Assembly (NCBI GenBank): GCA_020629955.1
Contig: JAHDCI010000002.1
Span: forward strand, 2,692 to 66,691
DNA length: 64,000 bases
Source of the DNA: Myxococcota bacterium
GTDB taxonomy: Bacteria; Myxococcota_A; Polyangia; Polyangiales; Houyiibacteriaceae
Direction of reading: 5' to 3'
Below, piece after piece: positions 49,326 through 58,387 of the stretch; position 1 is the first letter of the stretch, and every line of letters starts with the position of its first letter. The notes beneath the pieces were generated by a model, which saw only the letters and a program-made list of their open reading frames with translations, did not search any database and was not told the origin of the DNA. A program made the position numbers and the translations under genes.

Positions 49326-52300
49326 TCACTGACTAAACAGAGAGTACTTCAGTCTAAGATTATATCTTAGATAATTACTACCATAGCAAGTGCCAATGAC
49401 CACATCGTAGTTTGGGTTACGAAGGAGTTCCGCGACCCCTCTGTGTCCCACTTTCGTGATATCAACCACAGACGCGTTCAAACCAGCATTTAGGAAATGG
49501 AGATTTTGCTCTGCGATCGCTCCATAGTGAGACAAATGAGTATTGCGAGCCCCTTGATAGAGCGGATGCACGGTTCCGAGAACGCTGCCATGACCTTCCA
49601 AAATTATTGTTTGCCTATTGATACCGAGCTGCTTGTTTCTGTATGCATTACGATAAGCCACAAAATGGGTATCTGGTATAGTACTAACCCCTGACGCGGC
49701 GAAGATTTTTCCCTCACCATACGGATTTGTATACTCGTGAATTGTTCCGTTGGTATAATAGAGACTGGGCGTACCGGATCCGGAACGACGGAAACGCCGA
49801 AAAATAGCTTTGGAAGCACCACTGAGAGATGTAACTGAAGATCCAATCTGATAGGCGGTCACCGCCGTGGGTCCGCCGACCGCTCCAACCACCGTTTCAG
49901 TGCCAGCGTCTCGTGCCTCGTTGACCACGAACGTACCGATCGCGGTTGGTGAAACTGCGGCGCTGGTAGGAACTGCGGCAAATGCTGTCACCGCTATTCC
50001 TGCCGCAGCGATCGGCCCGATAAAGATGGCATCGTGCTCTCGGTGCCATTGTCGGTCCCAATATGCGGTGTAGCGCTCTCGCACTTCTTCACCAAAATCC
50101 CCACGAAGGGCGCGACGGTTGTAGTTTTCATCACCCGCTTTGCGCTTCGTGGCGTAATACATCCCGAAAAGCTCATCCTCACTGTACGGAACTGCAGTGC
50201 TCGTAAGGGGGAATCCGCCCGAGGAAGAGTGGTGCAAAATGTAGTAGCGGGTACCGTTGAGGTCGAACCAGCCCGGCGGATCCGTGACGGTACCTCCGAG
50301 CGTCTGTCCGGCAGCGGCAACGGCTCCGGTCATACAACCAGACTCCGTACAACCAGATCCTCCTGCGAAGCTGATCGGCCACAAACCGGAGGGATCGGTG
50401 AGATTGGCGGGGTTGTTGAAGGCGTAGTTGTAGCCATCGCGCGTCGGGTCGTTCTGCGCGAGCGGGTCAGGCTGCAAAAAGCGGCCTACGCTTGGGTCGT
50501 AAACGCGGGCTTGGGCATGCTGATAGGGCGCTCCGAAATCCTCGTCGGCATTCGCACCGTAAAAGCCCATCGACTGAAGCTCTGCGTAGCTGTCGAGATT
50601 CGGCGCATCGAGCGTCGTTTCGCTTTGAAGCACTTGACCGTAGGGGTCGTAATCCGATGCGCCCACGACTTCGCCGTAACCATTGACGGTCACGCGTGGA
50701 GAGCCGAGGTGGTCGGTCAAGACCGCGTAGTCCCCCGGCAAGCCCATCGGGCTCCCGAGCGGAATGCGGTAGCCGACGCCGGGCAAGCTCCACGAGTGCA
50801 GCTCTCCATCGACGTAGTCTGCAAAGGTCGTTTCAATGCGGTCGCTCGTCGTCACCGTCGTGGTGGTCGTGGGTCCTTGCGGACCGCTCGGGTTCCACGG
50901 GTCAAGCCCACCATCGTTCAGCACGCAGTTTCGGCCGCGGCAATCGAGGTCGAGCACGTCGCGCTGCTGGATCGTCTCTCCCTCTCGGAACATCGATGCA
51001 TCGAAGCCGCTCGTATCGATCCCAATCAAGCCTTGCTGAATGTGGAATGTACGCGTCCGGTAGCGTTGCCCGGCGGCATCGTAATCGTAGCGCCGGCGAT
51101 TGACCTCGCCGTTGCGGCTCTCATCGACGACGCGCGGAAGCCCCACGTTCGTATATGCGGTGGAGAGCACCGTCCCTGCACGCGTATCGGTCTCGACGCG
51201 CCCGAGACTGTCGTAGGCAAACGCGGCATCGAGAGCGCCGGTGACCTGCGCGAGCTGGCGTCCGGAGTAGGTGTAGCTTTGGGTCGCGCCGTCGCGCGTC
51301 AGGGTTTGAAGCTGTCCGATCGTATTGTACGTCGCCTCCAAACGCCCCGGCGAGGTGTCGTCTTCGCGAAGCGCTGTCGTGAGCGCGCCCCGGTCGTCGT
51401 AACCATAGACATACGATCCCGTCGCGGCGCTGTCGCATCCCGCGCCGGTTTCGCCCGGCGCGCATGGACGGAATCCCGCCCAGTCCACCGCCGTGATGAG
51501 CCCGTCGCCGCGCGCAAATCCAGCTCCGCTGCGCGCTGCCGGATGGTCGCTCTCGTAATAGAGACGGTAGCCAAAGGCCGGCACCTCGGTTCCCGACCAC
51601 GCGGACGGATCGTTGACCGAAAGCGTTCGTCCAAGCCAGTCCGCCTGGACATCGAGAAGCTGCGGGGCGGGACTATCGCCCAGCAAGGTATTCTGCGCGC
51701 GATAGTGCTCTGCATCGCTTGCAAAGCGCGCGATTTCAACGGGCCCGCATTCGAGGCTCGAAGCGCTTCCGCTGCCGTTGACCACATCGTCAATGGCCGA
51801 AAGGTCAAACTCATCGGCCGTTCCATCGCGGCCTAGCGCGAAGGTCGACGCATCGACCCGCTGCGCCACGTCCATCCGAAGACGCGCGCAATGGTCGAGG
51901 TTGCCGGGGTCGCTTCCAAAGTCGATGTCCGCTTGGCCGATGCTGCCGTCGCCATCGATATCGCCGCAGACCGAAATATCGCAGGTATCGTCGCCCGTAT
52001 CGATGGAGGCGATGGTGCCCCGCGCACTGAAGTGGTAGCGGAACGAAATCGCATCGGGCTCTCCGGGCTGGTAGCGCATCGCGCGCACCCGCCCATCGGC
52101 ATCGTTGTCAAAGAAGGTTCGCTTGATGCCAATCTCCGGATATTCGTACGCCTGCTCCACGAGCTGCCCATGGTCGTCGTAGGCGTAGTCGACGCGCGTC
52201 TCGTCCTGCCCCACCACGCGTGCAATGCGCCCGTCAAGGTGTGGATCGGCCGTCGTTGTCAGCAGCGAATCTACCGGCACCGTGTCGAAGACCGTTGCCG

Positions 52301-55300
52301 CGACCGTCACCCCATCGATCGTTCGGGATGTTACTCGGCCCCAGCTATCGTAGCTCGGCGTCACGATACGACCATCGCTCGATGTCGCGCTTAGAAGGCG
52401 CGTTAGACCCGACGTGGTGATCTGCGTGCCGTGCTCCGGGTGCGTGCTCGAATCCCGCCGTCCGAAAGGGCCGCCGTACGTATAGGTTGTCACCTCGCCG
52501 TCCGGGTGATTCACCTGCGTCAGCCGGTCGAACATATCGTAGGCATAGGTGAGCGCCGGCGCGCCATGGCTCTGCGTCGACTGCACTCGCCCAAGCCCAT
52601 CGGCCACCGTCACGTTTTCGACGACGCCGACCCCAGGAATATCGCTTGTGGTGCGCGACTCTCGGACGAAGCTATTGCCGCCGGCAAAGTTAAAGGTCGT
52701 CTGGCTGTTGGTGGTTCGGTAGAGCGAACCGGTCGGGTCGTAAAGACGCGATTCGACAACGCGGCCGCGCGCATCGCGCGTCGCTTCCGTGCGCGCACGG
52801 GTCGCGAAATTCGGGATCGACAAGATCGATGGATCGCTTGCGTCGATCGGCGCGTCGAGCGTCGCGGAGCGAACCACGCCGCCCGTCCCAATGTACTCGT
52901 TGTACTGGCCCCAGACGCGCTTCCCGCCTTCGTCCAGCAGTTCGTTTTGCACCCCGATCGGACGACCGAGTCCATCGAAGAACGAGTACGTCCGAACTTC
53001 GTTTCCGTCCGCATCCCGAAGGATCTGCTCAACGCGCGTCGGCGTTGTGCCGCTCGCTTGGGTGTAGTGCGTCTGAACCCGCGCGGCGTTCATCGTGGTT
53101 GAGGAGCACGCTTCCGTCCCTTCGTAGTTTGCCGCAGGGAGCTTGGTCACGGGGTCGTAGCAGATCGTCGTCGTGATATTCTCGCGGTCCCGGACGCTGT
53201 GGACAAAGCCCATCGGGTCGATGTTTCGCGTCGAGAGCAAACGGTAATGCCCGCCTTCGTCCACTTCGTAGTAGGCGGTGTGCCCCGGGAACCCAAGGTG
53301 GTAGCCGTAGCGATTGCGAAGGAAGTAGCCGGGGCGCGTTTCGGTTGCACTCTCAAGGAGTGCACCCGCCGGCGCATCGTTTCCATTGGCGAACAAGGCA
53401 AAGGAGGAATGCACCCGCGAAGTGTCGAAGGGGTCGACGGTAAAGCGCGCCGTCGGATAGCCGTAAAGGCTGCCCGTTCCCTGCGAGGTGTGTCCGGCGA
53501 GCGGCGGCTGCACGGGCGTCACCGGGTAGGCGGCGCTGCGCGTCATTCCGCCGGTGCTTCCCGCGAGATTGTCGACGAGCACGCTGCTCTCTTGGTCGTA
53601 CCCGTACACCGTTAGTCCAAGCAGCGGACCACTATCGTCCCCGCCAAGATGCGAGGATGTCGAACGGACCAAGCTGGTGATGTGCGCATTGCGATAGGGC
53701 GAGCTCGCTTCTTCGGTGACGTAGCTTGTGCGAGAGAAGGTCTCCCGCATCACCTGCGCGGCGTCGCGAGACCCGGGCGTCAGAGTGTCTTGTCGGTAGT
53801 TGCGCGCGTCGGTATGACTGCAGAGCCAGCGTCGCGTCACCGCGTGCTCGCTATACGTGCAGAGCGGGAACGAATGCTCATCCCGCTGGTTCACCACGTC
53901 CACCTGCGCCGAGGTCACCCACGTATGCACAAACGGCGCATGCCCGTCGTAGTCGAGCTCGGAACGTCCCGGCGACGCCTCCACGAGCGAAAAGCCTGCC
54001 GGATTGTCGACGCGCTGTTCCACCACTGTCGTGATCCCTCGACCGGCGACGCCATCGCCCGAGCAGCTTGGCAGGGCCGCGCAGGCAGACGCCGTCGAGA
54101 GCTGCGGATTGCCCCCGCAAACGCCACTTCCGCCACACGTTCCAACGGAGGTGCAAAAGAGCGCGTTATCGATAAGGTCGCATTGCTGCCCCGGAGCGCA
54201 TTGCGAAGGGGACGTGCTCGTCGCTCCCGTGCAGCAGCCGGCGCTCTCCTCAAGCCCGGAGGACGTTTGGCAGTAATGCGTCGTGTTAACCCCCGTTGAG
54301 AGGTTCTCGCGCTCCACTTCGTAACAACACGAAGGGCTGCTGCTCGTGCTGTCATCGACGTACTCCGTGGTGGCGGTAATGCTGCTTCGGGTCAGCCACA
54401 CCGGCTGGTATTGGCGCGCTTCGCACGTCTCAATGCCGGAGCTCATTGGACCAGGAGAGATACACTCGCTATTGGGGACCCAACGCTTGTAGGCGTCGGC
54501 TTTCGCGCCAAGGCCGACCATGTGCGACGAGTACCCCATCTGCGTTCGGCTCAAGAGCGTCGACGGATCCGTCATCGCATCGAAACAAATGCCGCCAAAC
54601 GTCTCTGAATGGGTCTCGCCGCTCGGAAGAACAAGATCGGTATCGCCCGTGCACCAGATATTGTTTGAGAAGACATAGCTCTCTTCGAGCGCCCCCGCCC
54701 GGCTCGCCGAAGGACGGAACGGATTGTTGTGGCCGGAAGTAGAGGGGAGGAACGGATTGTCTGACCCATCGTAGTTTCGTTCCACGATGGGGGCGTGCAG
54801 GAAGAGCGAGGAGCTTCGTTCACTCGCACCAGCGCGCAGCGGATTCACGACGACCGAAGCCGAATAGGCGCGACCGTCCATTTGAAGGAAGGTGTGATGA
54901 AGGTCCCACCGGTCGGGCGTTCCAAGGTGAAGCGGGATGTAGGTCCGCGACGCAACTCCGTCATAGAACACCGCATGGCCCGGGTCGAGTTCGCCCTCGA
55001 CCGCGGTCGACGACGCGAGCGCGATATTCCCGCTGAACCCCGGCGCGGCCGATACGTCCGCATTCAAGATAAAGTCATCGCGACGCCAGCGGCCTTCGAT
55101 GAGCGAAACGTGCGACTGCCATTCGTATTCCACGCGGTCACCGCCGGGCAGCGCAATCCCCGACAGACGAGGAAGACGAAATTCGTTCACGTCGATCCAC
55201 GCACTCTCATGGCCTACGTTCACATTTCCGATCGGCGAAGCGACCGTACCGGCGCTCAGCGCCCCAACGATCATCCCCACGGGGATCGGCACATGCCACA

Positions 55301-56720
55301 TCTTGGAGCCGTACTGGGGACGTTCGAACGCCGCTTCCTCGTATTCGAATCCATAGCTCGTCCGCTCGGTGTGGACCGCAACCAGATCCGGTCCCTCCTC
55401 CCCGCGGCTCGTCGCGCAGTGATCCGTGTGCACCTCTCCGCACCACTCAAAGCGCGTCTCACGCCAGTCCGCGCCCTCGGTCAGCGGGTGGCTTCCAGGT
55501 CCGGGATACGCGACCCGCGTGATCCGGCTCTGACCATCGAGCGAACAGGAATCCACCGTGCCATCGAACCCATCGGCGTGGAAAATCGCCCGAGTCTCCG
55601 GCACGAAGCTTCCGGACGACGTGAAGTAGCCCGTCTCCGCAACGCGAGGGATTGGCGTTCGTTCAAACTCTTTGCAGCCAGCGCCGTCTCCGAAATACGA
55701 AAAGCGAACGCCCTTTCCATCGGGGCTACGGATCGACGTCAGGTAAAGCGATGTGAACTCAACGCTATAAGGATGGTCGCCCACCACGCGCGGAGAAAAC
55801 TCGTCCGGATAGTCGGTCCAGTTGTCGTGCCCTTCCGCACGCGGACGACCCACGCGGTGGCGGAAATACATGCGCGTGCCGTTGGGCCGCACGACTTCGA
55901 TCTCGTCCGGGATCGCCATCTCGGAGCGAAGCGGCGCCTGGGCCACGACCTGTCCAAGTTCGTTGTAGCAATGCCCATCGAGGCCCGCGAGGAAGCACCC
56001 GTGCGGAACGGCATAGGTCGTCGACGAAAGTACGCGCCAATAGGAACCGTCCGTCAAACGGCCCCACTCTCGATCCAAGATGCTAAAGCCGCTTGGCAGC
56101 GGAAACGAGTTCGACGTGTCCCCATCCTGCCATGAGGGATCGGAAAGATCGTCAAAGGGCGGGAGGTTATCCCGCATCTCTGCATCTTCGTTCACCGGAC
56201 GATAGGCCTGAATCAACCCTCCGCCGGAAAGCTCGAGACCCGCCGGGCCGCCACTGTACGGATCGCCCAGCGCGGTGGTTTCGTCGGGGATCTGGTCCGT
56301 CCACGAAGGCTGGCGAAGGTCCCAGCGAAACCGACCGAACCAGTTGCTGCTCCAGTACGCACCGAGGCCCGCACTATTGGAAATCGTAGGGTTCCACGAG
56401 TTGAAATCCGACGCCGTGCTGTACGACGCAGAGATGTCGAGACCAGGAAGCGACGCCACGTCCACGTTGACGCGCAAGTTCCCGCTCGCCGCATCGACCG
56501 ATTCGGAAAGACCGTCTGCACCAAAGGCCATTTGGTAACCACCGGCGCCGGAGCTCGTCGACCCCGCGAGCATCTGCGGCGCAATGCTCGTATCCGTGAA
56601 GCTCGGTTGAGTGACGGTTCCAACCGAAGCTTCCTCGACTCCTGAACCCGCACAAGCCGCAAAGCCAATCAAAGCGAGCAGGCACGTGAGGCCTGCTTTC
56701 CAACGCGCGTGAATTTCCAT
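49326..56720 (-). CDS. RHS/YD-repeat polymorphic-toxin-like lipoprotein
   Basis: Lipobox FAAC; YD repeats (FDGLGR, YDMFDRL, YDSWGR, YDDRG); RHS core TDHLGS...YDPYG...RVYDPSVGRFLQPDP...YAFNNP...DPSGL. Confidence 0.95.
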   Translation of the reverse strand: MEIHARWKAGLTCLLALIGFAACAGSGVEEASVGTVTQPSFTDTSIAPQMLAGSTSSGAGGYQMAFGADGLSESVDAASGNLRVNVDVASLPGLDISASYSTASDFNSWNPTISNSAGLGAYWSSNWFGRFRWDLRQPSWTDQIPDETTALGDPYSGGPAGLELSGGGLIQAYRPVNEDAEMRDNLPPFDDLSDPSWQDGDTSNSFPLPSGFSILDREWGRLTDGSYWRVLSSTTYAVPHGCFLAGLDGHCYNELGQVVAQAPLRSEMAIPDEIEVVRPNGTRMYFRHRVGRPRAEGHDNWTDYPDEFSPRVVGDHPYSVEFTSLYLTSIRSPDGKGVRFSYFGDGAGCKEFERTPIPRVAETGYFTSSGSFVPETRAIFHADGFDGTVDSCSLDGQSRITRVAYPGPGSHPLTEGADWRETRFEWCGEVHTDHCATSRGEEGPDLVAVHTERTSYGFEYEEAAFERPQYGSKMWHVPIPVGMIVGALSAGTVASPIGNVNVGHESAWIDVNEFRLPRLSGIALPGGDRVEYEWQSHVSLIEGRWRRDDFILNADVSAAPGFSGNIALASSTAVEGELDPGHAVFYDGVASRTYIPLHLGTPDRWDLHHTFLQMDGRAYSASVVVNPLRAGASERSSSLFLHAPIVERNYDGSDNPFLPSTSGHNNPFRPSASRAGALEESYVFSNNIWCTGDTDLVLPSGETHSETFGGICFDAMTDPSTLLSRTQMGYSSHMVGLGAKADAYKRWVPNSECISPGPMSSGIETCEARQYQPVWLTRSSITATTEYVDDSTSSSPSCCYEVERENLSTGVNTTHYCQTSSGLEESAGCCTGATSTSPSQCAPGQQCDLIDNALFCTSVGTCGGSGVCGGNPQLSTASACAALPSCSGDGVAGRGITTVVEQRVDNPAGFSLVEASPGRSELDYDGHAPFVHTWVTSAQVDVVNQRDEHSFPLCTYSEHAVTRRWLCSHTDARNYRQDTLTPGSRDAAQVMRETFSRTSYVTEEASSPYRNAHITSLVRSTSSHLGGDDSGPLLGLTVYGYDQESSVLVDNLAGSTGGMTRSAAYPVTPVQPPLAGHTSQGTGSLYGYPTARFTVDPFDTSRVHSSFALFANGNDAPAGALLESATETRPGYFLRNRYGYHLGFPGHTAYYEVDEGGHYRLLSTRNIDPMGFVHSVRDRENITTTICYDPVTKLPAANYEGTEACSSTTMNAARVQTHYTQASGTTPTRVEQILRDADGNEVRTYSFFDGLGRPIGVQNELLDEGGKRVWGQYNEYIGTGGVVRSATLDAPIDASDPSILSIPNFATRARTEATRDARGRVVESRLYDPTGSLYRTTNSQTTFNFAGGNSFVRESRTTSDIPGVGVVENVTVADGLGRVQSTQSHGAPALTYAYDMFDRLTQVNHPDGEVTTYTYGGPFGRRDSSTHPEHGTQITTSGLTRLLSATSSDGRIVTPSYDSWGRVTSRTIDGVTVAATVFDTVPVDSLLTTTADPHLDGRIARVVGQDETRVDYAYDDHGQLVEQAYEYPEIGIKRTFFDNDADGRVRAMRYQPGEPDAISFRYHFSARGTIASIDTGDDTCDISVCGDIDGDGSIGQADIDFGSDPGNLDHCARLRMDVAQRVDASTFALGRDGTADEFDLSAIDDVVNGSGSASSLECGPVEIARFASDAEHYRAQNTLLGDSPAPQLLDVQADWLGRTLSVNDPSAWSGTEVPAFGYRLYYESDHPAARSGAGFARGDGLITAVDWAGFRPCAPGETGAGCDSAATGSYVYGYDDRGALTTALREDDTSPGRLEATYNTIGQLQTLTRDGATQSYTYSGRQLAQVTGALDAAFAYDSLGRVETDTRAGTVLSTAYTNVGLPRVVDESRNGEVNRRRYDYDAAGQRYRTRTFHIQQGLIGIDTSGFDASMFREGETIQQRDVLDLDCRGRNCVLNDGGLDPWNPSGPQGPTTTTTVTTSDRIETTFADYVDGELHSWSLPGVGYRIPLGSPMGLPGDYAVLTDHLGSPRVTVNGYGEVVGASDYDPYGQVLQSETTLDAPNLDSYAELQSMGFYGANADEDFGAPYQHAQARVYDPSVGRFLQPDPLAQNDPTRDGYNYAFNNPANLTDPSGLWPISFAGGSGCTESGCMTGAVAAAGQTLGGTVTDPPGWFDLNGTRYYILHHSSSGGFPLTSTAVPYSEDELFGMYYATKRKAGDENYNRRALRGDFGEEVRERYTAYWDRQWHREHDAIFIGPIAAAGIAVTAFAAVPTSAAVSPTAIGTFVVNEARDAGTETVVGAVGGPTAVTAYQIGSSVTSLSGASKAIFRRFRRSGSGTPSLYYTNGTIHEYTNPYGEGKIFAASGVSTIPDTHFVAYRNAYRNKQLGINRQTIILEGHGSVLGTVHPLYQGARNTHLSHYGAIAEQNLHFLNAGLNASVVDITKVGHRGVAELLRNPNYDVVIGTCYGSNYLRYNLRLKYSLFSQ

Positions 56721-56812
56721 GCGGCGACGTTGATTTCAGATCGCGTGAGCGGCCATCTGTACCCCCGTACGATGTTCCAAGGGTTCATGTCATTTGAACA
56801 GAGACTCGGTTT

Positions 56813-56979
56813 CTAGCAGGCTGGCGAAAAACGTCCGAAACCGCTTCGCGGCATTTTCACGCACTCAAACGCCATCCAATTCTCGCCACGTATGTACAAT
56901 ACGAGTCCAACAATCGGACGCATCTGCGCACGTCAAAATCCAACGAATCAAAATCGGCCCTTTTTCACCAGCCTGCTAG
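56813..56979 (+). mobile_element. Family-1 MITE-like element (best-preserved copy, 167 bp)
   Basis: Terminal inverted repeats CTAGCAGGCTGGCGAAAAA / TTTTTCACCAGCCTGCTAG (18/19), CTAG at both ends, central CGTAT-GTACA-ATACG hairpin, no transposase. Confidence 0.85.
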
Positions 56980-57159
56980 GCCCAGAATTCATTGGCTTGC
57001 CGAACTCACCGGACAGCCACGGTGCGGGGGTCGAACCGATATGGACCGGACGTACCATGCACTCTCAAAGTACACCGCGTCGCTGCGAAAAATGCGCGGC
57101 TTCTTCTCGCGCGATCCGCACGCCAGTCAACGGAACGGGTTTCGATTCGCTGGATTTCT

Positions 57160-58053
57160 TCAGCTGCCCTCTAGCTCCGGTGTGACCATTACATTCAAAC
57201 CGGGGAGGTCGCTTTCCCGTTCGCTTAGAATCTCCCAGACCACACCAATAACCGTCTCCGCGCGCGTCGTGAGGACCATTTCGGAGCGGTGTGCGATGAC
57301 GAGGTCCGTCGTGCCGAGGCCGTCCAATCCGCATCGATGAAAGCCTTCAAGCTCGCCCGTCACAACCGGCAAGATGGCGCCATACGCCCCCGAACGAACC
57401 GCATCGAGGAGGATCTGCGCGGTGCCAACTCGAAGCTCGACGCGATGCCCGGAGATTCCGCGGGTGGTGTCGGAGTCCATCACGACGAGCGGAATCTCAT
57501 GAGTCTTCGTTCCACGCTTCGGCTTCTTCGCGACGAAAAGGTCGTGTTCAAGCTTGGCGATGCACTGTTGGGCGAGGTCCTCTCGCGCAGGCATCGATTG
57601 CACGATCGCGACGTCGATATCGCCCTGCTGAAGCGCATCGCCGATATTGGCGGGGCGAGGGTGGATATGCGGCTCAAGCGCTGAGTATTTCTCGAGGAGA
57701 GGAGCGAGCGATGGCAGCAACACATGACGCGCAATGAGCTCATCGGCGTACAGATGGATAGGCCCCGTGTGCTGAAGGCCGAGCATCGCCATCGTGCCTT
57801 CGTCGACGACACGCATTGCTTCGCGAACCGCCGACAAGAAGATCTTTCCGCGTAGGTTCAGCGACAAGCGCCCACCGCTTCGGTCAAAGAGCGGTTCACC
57901 AAGGTCTTCTTCAAGAAGCTTGATCGATCGCGAGAGCGCCGAAGGCGTTAAGCAAGCGAGCTTTGCGGCGGTCGGCAAATGCTCTGTTTCGGCGACCGCA
58001 CGAAAAGCCGGCAACCAGGACCAGTAGTTTGCGACGCGACGAGCTCTTTCCAT
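57160..58053 (-). CDS. LysR-family transcriptional regulator
   Basis: AFRAVAE..LPTAAKL..TPSALSRSIKLLEEDLGEPLFDR HTH plus substrate-binding domain. Confidence 0.93.
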   Translation of the reverse strand: MERARRVANYWSWLPAFRAVAETEHLPTAAKLACLTPSALSRSIKLLEEDLGEPLFDRSGGRLSLNLRGKIFLSAVREAMRVVDEGTMAMLGLQHTGPIHLYADELIARHVLLPSLAPLLEKYSALEPHIHPRPANIGDALQQGDIDVAIVQSMPAREDLAQQCIAKLEHDLFVAKKPKRGTKTHEIPLVVMDSDTTRGISGHRVELRVGTAQILLDAVRSGAYGAILPVVTGELEGFHRCGLDGLGTTDLVIAHRSEMVLTTRAETVIGVVWEILSERESDLPGLNVMVTPELEGS

Positions 58054-58159
58054 GCGCTCTTCATACCCCTAGAAGCCTGTTTCGTTACAGAGGAACCTAC
58101 ATTTTTCCGAAAAGGGGAAGCGACGCGGTCGACAGAACACCCACAACTTGTCGGCACAG

Positions 58160-58298
58160 CCAGCAGGCTATTAAAAAAGAACGATTTCGGTTCCTTGGTT
58201 CTCGCGCGCGCGGATATCTCCGATGTTTGGGCTCGTTGCAGATCCGAGCTGTCCGATCCGGCGCGGACGACGGTCGAACAACTTTCATGCGCCTGAAG
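58160..58298 (-). mobile_element. Family-1 MITE-like element, diverged inverted copy
   Basis: CCAGCAGGCTATTAAAAAAGAACGATTTCGGTTCCTTGG...TCCGATGTTTGGGCTCGT aligns over ~90 nt with the reverse complement of 56813-56979; far boundary approximate. Confidence 0.6.
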
Positions 58299-58387
58299 AT
58301 CACGACATCGAAATTCCAATCGAAAAACCACACTTGTGCGGTCACGTGTTCCCAAAGAGTGTACGAAATCGTTTAAGCTAAGGGAAC

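Noticed and set aside
50034-56135. Long plus-strand ORFs (600 aa, 446 aa) inside the RHS gene, and similar antisense ORFs such as 2146..3546
   Set aside because: Antisense shadows expected from high-GC codon bias; Arg/Ala-rich with no motifs.
56794-56979. 61-aa ORF resembling the N-terminal part of ORF 62103..62732
   Set aside because: The similarity comes from the shared DNA repeat; differences are mostly non-synonymous, so there is no sign of coding selection.
56990-57173. A further MITE-like element overlapping the LysR 3' end (…TTCTTCAGCTGCCCTCTAG)
   Set aside because: Only one end resembles the family-1 terminus; no convincing partner end or internal alignment.
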